This document shows, one piece after another, positions 12,456 to 27,551 of a DNA stretch of 64,000 nt (position 1 is the first letter of the stretch; the number at the start of each line of letters is the position of its first letter). The translations under genes were made by a program, and so were the position numbers. The stretch is taken from assembly GCA_963693365.1 (NCBI GenBank), contig CAVNZM010000005.1:3905716-3969715 (forward strand). Direction: 5' to 3'. The notes under the pieces were generated by a model. The model was not told the origin of the DNA. It was given only the letters and a program-made list of their open reading frames with translations, and ran no database searches. The stretch is from Amoebidium appalachense (Eukaryota; Protista; Ichthyosporea).

Positions 12456-14765
12456 GACCATCGTCATTCTCGAGTTCTTTGAGCGTGTGGCCTACTTCAC
12501 CTTTGCCGGTTCCCAACGCAACAACTTGGAGCGTCAGTTTGGTTACGGCACCTCTGATGCCTTAGCCATCAACGCAGTTTTCGGGGTGTTGGCCTACACC
12601 ACCGTTTTCATTGGTGGTTATGTAGCGGACACACTTTTCGGCCGCTTCAAGGCCATTCTTTTCTTTTTCGCTTTCTACCTAGTTGGGGCAATACTGACAA
12701 GTGTTGCCGTCCTGCCGACCGTCGTCAATGCTCCCCTTTACCTGGTGGGCGCACTGGTGTTTGTTGCGCTGGGTGCTGGTGCATCCAAACCGAGTATTTC
12801 TACATTTGGAGCAGACCAGTTTGACCCAAGTGAGGGTGAGCAGAAGGCCCGCTTTTTTACTTACTTCTATGCGGCAATCATGGGCGGTGCTGGTAAGTAC
12901 CCTTGTTTTTAGTTTAGTTTAGATAAACTCAAAACAAGGGAAAGTGTGCAATGCACCATTTACTCAAGTTTCGAAGCACATATGCGATTAGAGATCTAGA
13001 TATTCATGGAAAACGAGCACAGCTTTCATTGTGAGGGCTGCTATGAATGGGGGGAGTGTTGTTCCAGTGCACTTTCATGCGCGTGCACGTGTGTATGATA
13101 AATCTGAATTATTTGCGTATGCATGTCCAAGGTATGAATGTCCAACGTGATCAAGTGAAGTACCATTTTGCATTCTGTGATTGCCCTTCTTGATTACAAC
13201 TTGGAAAACGAGATGCCGTATCCCTAACTCCTGTTCCTCCCAATTCCAGCCATCGCCAACGGTGCGCTTACGACGATTGCGGTTGGCGGCACTGCTGCCC
13301 TTCCCTACCAGAAAGGCAACACCTTCATCCCTGCCGAGTACGGCTTCTTCTCTGCCTACATCATCTCCACCATTTCCCTGATCATCGGCACGGCCGTTTT
13401 TCTGCTCAACTACAGCAACTACACCAAGCTGGCACCCGAGGGCAACCCTTTTGCCGGCGCGATTTACTATATTTGGGAGGGCGCCAAGACGTCGGTGAAG
13501 GGAAAGGTGGCATTTGCAGGCTGGGTTTCTCTTTCCTTGTTCATTATCATTACCGTCACCAACTCGCTTCTGGCCACTCGCAAAGTCAAAGCGGTGATTT
13601 TCGTGTCTTTGGGCCTGGTGGTTATCGGAATAGCGGCTCTCGTGTACGCTTATCGTGGAGAAAATGAATGGGCGGACCGTGTGCCTCCCCACCCCCAAAA
13701 CCATCTCACCCTGATTGAGGCCAAGGGACTTTTCTCGATTGTTCCAGTGGTTACCGTTACCAGTCTTGGGTTTCAAACGGCGGGGGCTGTGATTGGTGGC
13801 CAGGGTATTGTGCAGGCATGCCATATGGACCTGCGTGTCGGCGGTGGCCAGTTCAATGCTGTATGTATCCCTCATCCCCTCTTTTGCCTTCCAACCCAGT
13901 TAGCTTGAAAACTCACCGTTAGGGCTTGCAAACTCAACCAGTTACAGTGGCTTGCAAATCCACCCAGTTAGCTTGCAAACCCACCCAGTTAGCTTACAAG
14001 CCCGGTAACCGTTGCTGATATTATCATAATCAATGATCAGGACTGCTCTTGCTCACTTACAACCACAGTGATAACCATAGAGGCGAACAACTATACAACG
14101 GCATCATTACTTTTGTGTACGCAGCACAATCTTTAGAAAACTACTGCCAGGCTTGTAATTATTAATATGGGGGCATGGTAGAATGCAATTGCATTCCAGT
14201 CGCAATGGTCCCAATACTGATGCCTTCTTCGACCCACACAGACGTTCTTCATCATCTTCCTCTCTCTGACTATCATCGTGGCGTCGCCTTTGCTGTATGA
14301 GGTCGTCTATCCGTTCGTCGGCCGTCTGCAGGGCAAGAAGGAAGCAAGCAACGCTGTCAAGATTTCCATCGGCCTCGGCGCATCTTTCCTTGGGGTTCTA
14401 ATTCTCCTCATTCTCGAATTTGCTAGAAAGAACGCGCCGCTTCTCCCGGCGGTTCCCGAAAACATCTCGCTGTGCGCCGGCAGCAAGAAGACACCGGTGG
14501 TGTTTAGCGACATATCGTCCTTCTACGTGATCATTCCCCTGTCATTCACTGGCATCGCCGCAACGGCCATCATGCCTACTCTCCTCTACTTCACCTACAG
14601 CCAGTGCCCTCCCCGCGCAAGATCGGTTGCTCAGGTAGCATGTGCACCTATCTCCCCCCCCCCGTCCCCTCCCCCCCCCACACACACACACACAAACACA
14701 CACACCTCCCCTCCTAACATGTTTTCCTACGTCACACACACACATACACACATGTACACCATCAT

Positions 14766-14863
<98 letters not shown>

Positions 14864-15432
14864 GTACACCATCAATCACTCACCATTTGCCTAAAAGCTT
14901 CCTTTTCACCACCAACTGCTTACCCGACATCGCAGAATACTAACTGTAGCACCATAAGCAGGCAAACCTCACACCTTGGTCGAGTGTTTCGTTTGTCATT
15001 CCCAATTTTGTTCTTGTTTTAAATTGTCAAATCCACCCACTAACCTCCTTTCTCTTTCCTCTACCACTGCAGGCCTACAACCTGTTCTCTCAAACCGCCG
15101 TCACGGACGCAGTGGTTGCAGCGCTGACCAACGGCTTCCAGTCATATCTCCCCAACAACCTCAACAACGGCGGCCATGTGGAGTATATTTACTACGTCAT
15201 GCTGGGTTTGATCGTCATCTCCTTCGCGGTTGTCTTGTGGCTCCTGAGGCAGTTCACCCCCCGCACATACGATAACGAGCTTGCTGAAGGCAGCGCGTCA
15301 AGCCCTACGACTCCACAAAACGATACGGAAAAGAACCTGAGACCCCTGAGCGGGTCCGACGACGGCAAGGTGTATGTGACTAAGGTCGGGGATCATGGCG
15401 TGAGAGGAGAGGCAGCTGGGAAGGGGAAATAG
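12456..15432 (+). CDS. POT/PTR2 (NPF/SLC15) proton-dependent oligopeptide transporter. Exons 12456-12892, 13250-13860, 14242-14634, 15073-15432; first exon uncertain (possibly about 12114-12151)
   Basis: ExxER motif (ILEFFERVAYFTF), GGYVADTLFGRFKAI, PTR2 signature LGAGASKPSISTFGADQF, ARFFTYFY, YSQCPPRARS. GT-AG junctions are in phase. Confidence 0.92.
13893..14000. repeat. Degenerate minisatellite of about 20-23 bp in a POT intron
   Basis: The unit cccagttagcttgcaaac(t/c)ca repeats 4-5 times with variation. Confidence 0.7.
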
Positions 15433-15980
15433 TTGTTTTAGTATCATGTTAGTTTAATTGTGGTTAGTGTAATCTAAATCAGTGTAAGTAAATGGGGTGA
15501 TGGTGATGTGTACGGTTATAGTAATGTTCATATGCATTACGGGCCTGACTAGTAGCAATTTTTTATTGATATTCGATTATGGTGGCCTGTAACATTTGCC
15601 GAATTGTAAAATGTATATCACAACAGCGCACGAAATTTGGTATTTCTTCACCTTATTTAGCTTAAAGTTTGCCGTGGGACTGGTGCCCAAAATAATGCTT
15701 TTCTGCCGGTCCAATAGAACTGGCTAAATAAACCTCTGAGACTGATGTTGTGACACACGGTGCTACGGAGCTTAAACACATATGCTCACACAAAGTCTAA
15801 CTTCTCTCTTTTCCTCTCTCTCTCTCTCCTTATCCTGCTCCTACTCTCTCACGCCCTATCGCTCTTTCTCACTGCCTGTCTATCTCGTCCCCTCACCTCT
15901 CACTCACTCTCGCCCTCCCCCTCCCCCCCCCCCCCCCCCCCCCCCCGCGTCTTTTTTCTCGCGCGCGCACACACACCAAT

Positions 15981-16852
<872 letters not shown>

Positions 16853-17682
16853 CGTCCAATCGAGGGTTTGAGTCTGATATCGATTAAAGGGAGAAGGTGG
16901 GTTGAAAGGGGGAGTTGATCTGATCCCCCCCTCCCCGCCTGCCCGCCGTCCCCCAGCATAAATTAACGGACTTTACACTCCCACCCCACCCCCTCACCCC
17001 CCTTTCTCCCCCCCATTTCCCTTTTTTTATATGAATGGACGTCATTTTCAGAGTTTGTAATTTATCCCCCCCCCCCCCCCCCCCCCCCCCCCCACCCACC
17101 CTTCCCCCAAATTCTGCAACCAAAAAAGTTTTCGTTCCGTCATGTAATGTACGGTACTACGGGCTCAATCTGGATATTGATAGAGCTAATTAGCTCACTG
17201 TGACTGGTGGCCACCCAGATATCAACGGTCCGGCGGTGTGGAGTGCGGTGTCAATCAGATTTTTAGGCGTAAAAATCATAATACCACCCATCCTCTTCTC
17301 CCCCCCCCCCCCCCTCCCCCCCCCTCCCCACCCCCCACCCCCCCCCCCCTCCCACCCCACCTCCCCCCCCCTGCCCGTGGGGACAAAACACACACACATG
17401 CCACTGGCCTCCCCCCCCCCTCCCCCCCATACCTCTCCCCTATATTCCGCTGCCCCTCCAAACATTCAATAGAATAAGTTAGCTCGTTATGTGTGCGCGC
17501 GGCCCGGGGGGCACACACACACATACACACACCCACGCATGCGCACACGCCATGCACACACACACACACACATACACGCACGCGCGCGCGCGCACACACA
17601 CACACACACAGGTGCACGCGCCCACGCCACGCATGCACACACACCACGCATGCGCGCGCGCACACACACACACACACAAACA

Positions 17683-17731
<49 letters not shown>

Positions 17732-18793
17732 CACGAAGGTCTTTTCGAAAAATATGAGAGTGCAGTCTGAACTTGACCTGTCCTCCCCCCTCCCCCCTCC
17801 CCCCCGCCGGCCCCCTCCCCGTCCCCCCCGTCCGGCCCCCCGGGGCAAAAAAAAAAAACTTTCAACCTTCAAACTCACCGAACACGCACCCACACACAGA
17901 TTTTTTTCGGAGTAAGAGAAGCACACTGGGACGCATGACCTTCCCTCCTTTCTCCCCCTCCCCCCCCCCCCTTTCCCCCCCCCCTTCCACCCTTCCCTCC
18001 TACGCTGCTCCCCGTTGCTTCCCTTCCCTCCTTTCACAAGCTTAAACTCACATATGTGTATTTAGGCAAATGCAGTGTGTGCACACACAACGCACATGAA
18101 TTTAAACGTTTTACACTGTAGGGATTCCCGGCTTTGCACACGGAAGGATGCACTCATGCACACCAACACATGCCATGATCAAGCAAAAGCACAACAGCCT
18201 CCCAATGTCCATAACGTTATTCTCGTGTTTGGAAACATTGAAATCCCTAAGAGCTAAGTTGTGTTGCCGAACCCTTTCTCTTTCGTTTATTAGTTCCCAG
18301 GATTCGTTCATGAAAAGGAAGTTAATACAGACCCCCCCCCCCCCCCACCCTCCCCCCCGCCCCTTCCCCCCCTCCCCCTCTCCCCACCTCCCCCCCATCA
18401 CCCCTACCTCCACCACCTTCTTGTCCAAGAACATATTTGCTCACAATGGGCCTGTACGATCGCAAAACTCAAAGGAGGTTACACCAGTCATACTCCGGGT
18501 GGCTGAATGTACCAAAGGTTCCGCAGCCGTAACAAAATAGGTAAGGGTAGCCCTCGTTTCTTCTTTTTTTTTTTCTTTTCTGCGAGACGGTGCCAGTGGT
18601 GGTGATGATGGTGGTTAGAATGTGCATGTGTATGTGTGTGTGTAGGGGAGGGAGGGTGGGTGGGTGGGTGGGTGGGTGGGTGGGTGGGGGGAGGGGGGCG
18701 GTGGAGGTTTGTTGCATAGCACTTGTTTAGAAGGTGGCGGGGACAGGGTGGTCAGGGATGGGCGGGCAGGCGGGCGGGCGGGCGGGCGGGCGG

Positions 18794-18833
<40 letters not shown>

Positions 18834-19148
18834 GGGGGGGGAGGGTGATTACCAAACAGTGGGAATAGGGTTTGTGTGTGTTTCCACTTGTGCCATGCCA
18901 TGGGGAAGAAGAAGGTTGTAGCGAGGGGGCAAGAGGGGAGCGAGGAGAGGAAGGGTCTGTGCGCGTGCGACTGTGTGTGTGTGTGTGTGACTGTGTGTGT
19001 GTGTGTATGTGTACGTGTGTGTGCGTGCGCGCGTGTGTGTGTGTGTGTACGTGTGTGTGTGTGCGTGCGCGCATGCATTCACGTGCGGATGTGTGTGTGT
19101 GTCTGGTATGTGTGTGTGTGTGTGTGTGTGTGCACGTGCGGTGTGTGT

Positions 19149-19215
<67 letters not shown>

Positions 19216-20387
19216 TGTGTGTGTCCGTGCTCCACAGTGTGTGTGTGTGCGCACACTTAGTGTGTGCGTTCGTGTTTCTTTTTTTTTTTTTAACTTCGAA
19301 ATGTGTGCATGCGGGAAGAGGAATTTTATTTTTTGGGGTGTGGGTCGACATGAGACTGCATGGTTCCGTGCAATATGAGAGTCCGGCAAGCCCCCCCCTC
19401 CCCCCCCCCCCCCCCCCCCTCCCTCCCCCCTCCCAGGAAAAAAAAACTAAAAAAACACAAAAAAAAAAAAGAAAGAAAGAAAGAAAAGAAAGAAATGAAA
19501 TGAAAACGAAAGAAATAAAGAAGGAGAGGAAGACAAAAAGAAAAAAAGATATGGGAAAAAAAGAATATAGTCCGTGCTATTAGTAAGTAAGCCCTAGACG
19601 TCCTTTGGGCATTTCCGAGTCATTTTGTAACACCTCTTCTCTCCCTGTTTCTGCCTGCCCCTTCCGTGATACACAAGGGAAAAAACCCATATGGGTTTCC
19701 GTCATGTTTTCTTTCTTTAAGCAACGTTTTGAACTGTGTCATGTTGTGTACACATGTGCATATGGCCATGGCCATGCTTCAGGTATACGTGCTTTCGAAA
19801 CTAGCAAGGAACAGAATCAGAAATAGTAGGGGCGATGGGGGGAACCGGACGGGGAACGGGGGGGAGGAGGGGTCGGAAAATAGGGAGACAGCCTGGAGGA
19901 GGAGGGAGGGGGGGGAGGGGGGGGGGGGGGAGAGGAAAGGGGGGGTGAGGGGGAGGGAGGGGGGAACACAGAGTTCTCTAAGGAGGAAGGAGCGAGGGCG
20001 GGAGAGGGGGGGGGAGAGAGAGAGAGAGATCTAGAGGATTCAGGCGCTAGTAACGATTTGGGTATATCAGAGGAAGCACGGTACAGTAATTTTTTGTGTG
20101 TAGAAAGAGAAAAAAAAAGAAAAAGAAAAGAGAAAAAAGGATCCTGAGTGAAAATTGCTCTAAAAGACTGGCAGTGGTTAGCCGGTTGGGTAGGAGGAAC
20201 TCCGCTGGGTAGGCAGGATGATGATGGTTGCTGTTTCCGATTGCTCAGAGCAGGCAATTTGGAAAGATGGGGGGTTGTTTATGTGGGAAGGAAGATGGAG
20301 GTCTTCGGGCCTTTTTGGGGGGGAGGGGGGTGGGGGTGGGGGGAGGGAGGGGGGGAAACGGGGTGGGATGAGAGGGAAGGTCCTGAA

Positions 20388-20435
<48 letters not shown>

Positions 20436-20832
20436 GGGGAAAGGGGGGGAGACAACTTGGGGCCCGGTTGCCACAGGGGGGGGAGGGGGGGAGGGGGGGG
20501 GGGGGCGCAACTTGGGGGGTTGCTCCGGGGGGGAGGGGGGGGGGGAGGGGGGGAGGGGGGAGGTGGCTGTGGAAATGACCACGTTGAAATTTATTGAGTA
20601 CTGTATGTATGGGTAGAGATTAGCAATAGCTGATCGAAATAATCCTACCTTTTTGGTCGTTTTATCAAACTTTTTTTTTTTTTTTGCAATTCGGGATGCT
20701 CGAGGAAGTTTCGTGTATCCAGTATTAGTCTGATTTTCATTAATCCGCCGGGGTTAAACCCTAAGTTAAGTAAGAACAAAATATCCACAAGACAGCATTG
20801 CATACGCACACACACACACACACAAATTGTCA

Positions 20833-20911
<79 letters not shown>

Positions 20912-21342
20912 ACACACACACGTTTACCGTGACGCAGATGAATTCGACATAGATAGCTGTTAACATCATTTAGCTTTTTTAAGTCAAAAAATATGATCCC
21001 CCCCCCCCCCCCTCTTCCCCTCCCTCCCTTCCCCGCCCTTCCTCCCCCCCTCCCCCTCCCTGTACTCCCCCCCGCCCCCCCCCCTCCCCTCCCCCGGACC
21101 CGGGGCCATTTCATTATAATTACTGAGATACCACGATGACCTTGAATCCGGTTAAAAAATGAGTACACCAGCTGCAATGAAACTGGAGTGGATTACTTGT
21201 GCAAGTCTCAGAGTGGGAAAGGAATTATTATAGTCAGGGTTTAGGGCTCAATGAGGGAGGGAGGGGAAGGGGGGAGGGGGAGGGGGGAGGGGCGGGGGGA
21301 GTGTGTGGGGGGAGGGAGCCTCAGGGGGGGGGGGGGGGGGGA

Positions 21343-21452
<110 letters not shown>

Positions 21453-22095
21453 GTTACAACCTTTAATCTTCACTCGCACAATAATGAAAATAGTCGTGCT
21501 TGCGTGTCACATAACGAGTGTGTGGGTTCTTTTGTGCACATGCACGTATTGTGGTGTGCATGGAAATGGATGTACGTACATATCGATGTTCGCTACTTGT
21601 TAGGAACTGTAAATGTGGATGCTGTGTTGCATCGAGAAATTACAGCTGCTGCGGCTCCTCTGCCTGCCAGTGCCGACGCTCGGGTGGTTTACATAGGCAT
21701 TCGGATAGATGCAGTACCGATAGTGACGGCATATTTGCTCAACAAACACCACTTCTGAACAACGTAACGTCAGTGTTTTCGGCATGACGCGACTTGTACT
21801 ACTACAGACTGTTGTATCGACGGCTCATAGTCAACCAATCGTAACACAGGGACATTGCATTCGAGGATTCCTGACAGATCGTCATCACAGAGGCACATTT
21901 TCATTAGTTGTTGAAATCTATTCAAATATAAGTTATGATTGGCCAATCCGAACCAATCCCGCTCCGGCTAAGCATATTCGTGCGAGTATAAAAAACAACG
22001 CAGGATGCATTCGTTCCCTCACGTCGGAAACGAAGGCATTACCGCACTTCGGGAAGCACTTCAACCTCTGCCATACACCTTTTTCACACTTGAAA

Positions 22096-22725
22096 ATGGC
22101 GCCCAAGGAGCCCCAAACAATTCTGAGTCTCACCGGTTGGGGTGCTGCCGTCGGCCTGGATAAACCTGCCCCCTGGTCTGAGTCCGTTCTCATTCTCGTC
22201 AACACGCAACTGGAGCACTCCCCCTCTGTTGGCAATCTTCCAGTAGACTCATACGACACCACCGTTGCCGAGATTTCCCGCCTTCTTTCCACTGCGCGCA
22301 CGCTTGGTGTCCCTGTGTTCCACGTGCACAGTGCTTTTCCGGAGGGATACAAACTGTATCAGCCCAACACCGAACAGGTCAAACCCATCCCCGAACTGGC
22401 TCCAACAGGTGACGAGCCCGTGATTTCAATCAGACGCTCGAGTGGGTTTGACAACACAAACCTCAAAGACCTCGTTCTTGCCACCGAGAGAACAAACACA
22501 ATCATTGTTGGGTTTCTCACTCACATTGGTGTGCGTGACACAGTGAGGGATGCACGCTCTGCACGTGTGAAGGTGACGGTGGTTGGGAACGCAACGGCTA
22601 CGCGTGATTTGGTCGACACCACCAAGAATGTGACTGTGCCTGCAAGTGTGGTGCAGCAAACGGCACTGGCTGAGCTTGCAGATGCATATGCGGTCGTGGT
22701 GCGTGAGGCAAAGGAGATTGTGTAG
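22096..22725 (+). CDS. Isochorismatase/cysteine-hydrolase-fold protein, intronless, catalytic triad apparently substituted
   Basis: SVLILVNTQLE, RLLSTARTLGVPVFHV, PELAPTGDEPVISIRRSSGFDNTNL, IIVGFLTHIGVRDTVRDA and VTVVGNATATRDL follow the family pattern. TATAAAA lies near 21987. Confidence 0.88.
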   Translation: MAPKEPQTILSLTGWGAAVGLDKPAPWSESVLILVNTQLEHSPSVGNLPVDSYDTTVAEISRLLSTARTLGVPVFHVHSAFPEGYKLYQPNTEQVKPIPELAPTGDEPVISIRRSSGFDNTNLKDLVLATERTNTIIVGFLTHIGVRDTVRDARSARVKVTVVGNATATRDLVDTTKNVTVPASVVQQTALAELADAYAVVVREAKEIV

Positions 22726-24057
22726 CGGGTGCTCCCGGGTCGTTTCTATCATCATGATGATCACTGCTCCACATTAACTGCTCTCTAGGCTAGCCTGGTA
22801 TCAATATGCCTTATAAGCATTTTAGTGAAGTTAAGGCCCTTGTGGGTGTACTGAAATATGAAGAGTGCACGTCCGTATGTAGCAGTCAGAAAACTTACTC
22901 GGTAATAGCAAAATAATAGCTGTAATGTATAACAATTCAGGTGGCTGATTGTGATGGCTGTGTGCATCACTACATAGTAAAAATAAAGAAATTATATTAT
23001 GCATTAGTGGCAGCACCACGTTTTGAACAGCAAGGCTTCGCAAGTTGACCAGCGGTACCGGTACGCACAACATTGTGTGCACAATGTGCCACATGTGTGA
23101 CTCAAATTTGCGAATGTTTCTGTGTTTGTGAACGTTGATTACTTTACGTGTTCCGTGATACATGTAGACCGGTGTGCCATTGCATGACATAGGCCATGAG
23201 CTCCCCCCCCCCCCCCCCTCCCTTCCCCAACCCCCCCCAAAAAAGCCCACAAGGCTTCGCTGACAGTGCGTTGCTTATCCCCCCCCCCCCCCCCTCCCCT
23301 CCTCCTCCTCCCCCTTCCCCCGCTCCCCTCTCCCCGCTGCGCGTGAATTTCAACCTCACTTGCTATGATAAAAACGAAGATTTGAAAAAGAAGGAAACAG
23401 CCTGGTTGTGTGTGTGGGTGTGGGTGTGGGTGTCACAGTACGTGTGTGTGTGTGTGTTTGTGTGTGTGCACGTGCGTTTGTGTGTGTGGGTGGGTGGGTG
23501 GGTGAATGGTTGGTTGAGTATGTGTTAGTAGGGGAGGAGGGGGTGGGAGGGGGAGGAGGAAAGCGGGGGACGTGGGTGAAGATTGATTGACTTGCCAGGG
23601 GGAGGAGTCTCTCGGGGGGGGGAGGGGGGAAGGGGGGGGGGGGGGAGGATAGGCAGGGAAATTTGAAGGGAGTCTGATGCCGTCCCCTGATTTGGTAAGT
23701 AGATATAGCCTCGAAGTCAGCATAACAGGTCAGAAACCCCATTCTTTCTTTCCTCCTAGAAGTGAGCATGCCTATTCTTAATGTTTTTTCTTCCAGACAC
23801 GTGCAACCTGTGGTGTATTTTTTCATGTGCTACTGATTGCCCCCCTTGCCCCTCCCCCCCCCCCCCCCCCCCCCAACCCCCCCCCCCCCCCCCCCCGCCT
23901 CCCCCCCAAAAGTCACTACCCCCCCTCCCCCCCCCTCCCCCCGCTCCCCCCAAAAGTCACTACCACCAACCCTCCCTCCCGCCCGCGCCCGCCCGCGCCC
24001 CCTCCCGGCCCCCCTTTCCCCATCCCTCCCTCTTAGCCCCTGGGCACTGGCAAGAAG

Positions 24058-24110
<53 letters not shown>

Positions 24111-26087
24111 GTGCGTGCGTGCGTGCGTGCGTGTGTGCGTGTGCGGTCCGGGTGTACACTCGTACGTGCCACGCCATGGTGCGAGCACGCCGGTGCACGT
24201 TATGTACCATGTGCCTTTTGTGCGTGTGTGCTTGTGCGTATGTTTTTGCGTGTCTTTGTACGTGCTTGTGTACGTGCGTGTGCATGTTTGTGTATAGGTG
24301 TATGCGTGTGTATGCACGTGTGCGTGTCGTTTGCTATTGGCCATCACCACTTGGTGCATTATTGCCCTTGGGCCATGTAAACCGCAATTGCAATCATTGC
24401 CCATGGGCTGATGGATCATTGGAATGTGAGGAAATTTATTTGAAACGAGTGTAATAAAGCTATGCACGTGCCATAAGCAGGACATAGCTATTGTGAAGAG
24501 CTTTTGCATAATATCATGCACACATAGCAAGCTTTTGACTCATTCGCTTTATACATTGTATTTTGTAGTATGAACGCCTTGCATCTTGTATCCGGTTCCG
24601 AACACGGATAACATTACGTCCGCTTTTGTCAATTGTAAAATGTCCAACATCTCCATAAAACCCCCAAGTTTCATATTAAGGGGGATCTAATTTGGTTAAA
24701 TTTGAAGTTTCTGTGTAGCTGATTCATATTGTTTCGTTCACACCCACATGCATGATAACAACGCAACAACTTACCCAAGTCACAGTTGTTAGCTGTGTTT
24801 GTTCAGGCAGAGCTGCCAAGTCCCAGGTGTACTTTGGCACTTCATCTCTACAAATATTCTCACCATGTCTGGTATGTCTTGCCTTCGGAAGCCTTTTCGT
24901 TCCATCGAGAAAAGAAATGATTTTTCCTCCCTACACCCCCCCCCCCCCCCCCTCCCCCTCCCCCCTCCCCCCCTTCCCCGCCTTTCTGCCTTGAAGGCTG
25001 GTCGCGCCCTTTCTCTCTTGTACTCAGTGTGCTGCTTGTTTCCTCTTGTGTGCCCTCTTTGAGGCGTAGTTTGACCAGTAGCTTTCTCCCCCCCCCCCCC
25101 CCCCCCTTCCCCCCTTTCTCCCCCCCCCCCCCCTCCTCCCCTCCCCCCTCCCCCCTCTCGGCGCTCCATCCCTGCCTTCCTGCGATTCTCCCCAGCTTTT
25201 GGCGTTACCTGCTTCTTCTTTGGTGTTCAAGACTAGCTCTTTGGCGTGCTTGCATAGGCGCATGCATCATACTCTACCATCCTCCTACTTTTTTTTTTTT
25301 TCTTGCGGCACTTTTTTCCTATTGAAAGGGCATCATCTCTCTTCAGCTCAGCTTGGGCGTGCGCTACAGGATTTACGGGTTGTGGCTATCTGGAACGCCC
25401 TTTCAATCAAAAAAATAGGCAGCACGAAAGAGAGGGAGGGGACAGGGGGGAGAAGTGGAGCAGAAATTTTGCAAGTAGGGAAATTATCTTGTTGAGCTAG
25501 ACGTACCCAAGACACAGTTGCATATTTCTCTGAACTTCTCTCTGCTAACACCGAGCACCATGTTTTTTCCAAACAGACGACGACCGTGGCTCGTCTCGGC
25601 GCTCCGGCTCTTCGTGGGTGTCACTGCCCCCCCCCCCCCCCCCCCCCCTCCCTCTATTTTCCTCTTTTTCTCACCTTCCACCCTCCTCCGTGTAGAGACA
25701 GTGTAGGGATGCTACACCTGCCTTAATGCCCCTAATTCTTCTCGTTGTTATCCGTGGGAAGATGGTAAACGGTTTGATGTTGAGGAGAAAATGCACTTTT
25801 TTTCTTTCCAGTGGTGGTTTTTGGGGTTTTTCAACGAGAAGGCCTACTTTTGGCTTGAGCAGAGATGCTAATTCCTTTGTGTTTGCCTATGCATTCCTAG
25901 CATCCCGTTGTTTAATGCCCTTCTCTTCCCCCAGCTTACATTCCGTAAGTGCTTTAGCTCTCTTCCCATTCACCTGATTTCCTTGCTCATGCTCTCCCTC
26001 CCACATTCCTTCCCCCTCAGGTCCCCAAAAGCATTCTTCCCCTCCTTCCCCTGCTCCTTCTACTCCCCCCCCCCCCCCCCCCCCCCC

Positions 26088-26186
26088 GGGCTCTGCTTAT
26101 TATGCATACTCTTTATGTATGGCTTGCATTCTGCATCGTGTTATCCGTTTGTTCTTGTGTACTTCGTACTTTTTGACGCATTCAAA
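26088..26186 (+). mobile_element. 5'-truncated 3'-tip copy (99 bp) of the Penelope-like element, inserted in a poly-C tract
   Basis: gggctctgcttattatgcatac...tttttgacgcattcaaa matches the reverse complement of about 61251-61349 with no difference seen, and has C-runs on both sides. Confidence 0.93.
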
Positions 26187-27168
26187 CCCCCCCTTGCCCC
26201 TCCCACTCAGAAGAAGCTTTGCTACACATTTTTGTCACACCATCCTGTCAACGGACTGGTATTGACTTGACAATAATAAACCCACCACCAATTTCTAGCC
26301 TTGTGGAATGTGGATTGGTGGATTTGTGGATGGGAGAGAAGACTTGACTGGGATGAGTGATGTGGGCTTTGTGCGGTGGACTGGGGGAGTTGAGGTTCGA
26401 GCGGGTGGAGAATGGTGGAGTGATCTACCACTTTCCTATTTGGTAACATTGGCGGGGCCGGCAGTTACAGGATGTTTAATATGGCAGTTATATAGGTAGT
26501 TTCGTTGTTGTGATTTTGCAAGTGAAACACTCGCTTGAATATGAGTGATGGTGAATGCAAAGCAATCTGCAAGAGCTAGTCAAGAGCTTTTTTGGGGGGG
26601 GGAGGGAGGGGACTAAGAGAGGGAGGGAGAGAAGTTAGTAGGGGGAAGAGGGGGGGGGGGAGGAGAAAGAGCGGGGGCAAGGGAGGGAGAGAGAGTAGTA
26701 ACCACAGCGTAGAATGGACGGAGCTAGATAGGTAACTTGAGAGGAGGAAGTTGCGTGGCTGTGTGCATTAATGCTTTGAAGCAACTGTAAGGCCCTATGG
26801 CTGGCAGATAACAGAAACCATAGAGCATGTATAAAGCATAGGGGTAGTGCCTGTGTGTGCCCGTTTGGCAGGCTCGAATGTCTGCCCGCGGTGCCCTATG
26901 TTGCCCTATGTCCTCCTCCTCCCCACACCTTGCCAATCCCCCTCCCACACGTGTCTCCCCCCCCCCAATCCGTGTTTCTCCCACTTCCTCAGACCCTAAA
27001 GGTAAATGCACGACCTATGCTGCTATATGGTGCTTGTTTCCGAACGGATGATAAGGTGTCACTAATGAATCCGTATATAGCCATTGGGTATATCCCAACA
27101 GCTCCCTGTTTCCATAAATGGCTATTGCATGTTGCTTACCATTGGCCATTTCCTTATGTGGGCAATAG

Positions 27169-27277
27169 GGGGCGGCGCAACTATGAGGCCGATGATGCCA
27201 AGCGCCAATCCAAGTCCATCTTTGTGGGCGGTATTCCCTACGACTGGAACGAGCGCGATCTGGAAGGTTCGGCTCCG

Positions 27278-27310
<33 letters not shown>

Positions 27311-27482
27311 AACAAATAATGATATTATAATGATAATAATGTAAATAGTAAGAATGAAATGAAAAAGAAAGACACCCCCCCTCCCCTCCCGTTCACGTCC
27401 CTCTGCTCCTTCATCAAGTTTCCACAAAGTGTCATGTGAAAGCTGCCAGTGGAGTAGTAAGCTTATCAGTTATGGTGGTGGT

Positions 27483-27551
<69 letters not shown>

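Noticed and set aside
20690-21155. Weak inverted similarity between about 20700-20750 and about 21100-21150
   Set aside because: Too short and degenerate to call terminal inverted repeats by eye.
21784-22095. N-terminal extension of the isochorismatase-like ORF
   Set aside because: It spans CCAAT and TATA-like promoter sequence; family similarity begins after the ATG at 22096.
25587-25617. Candidate upstream exon of the SR protein (DDRGSSRRSGSSW)
   Set aside because: Plausible, but its phase does not join the 27169 exon without another unidentified exon, so it is not included in the model.
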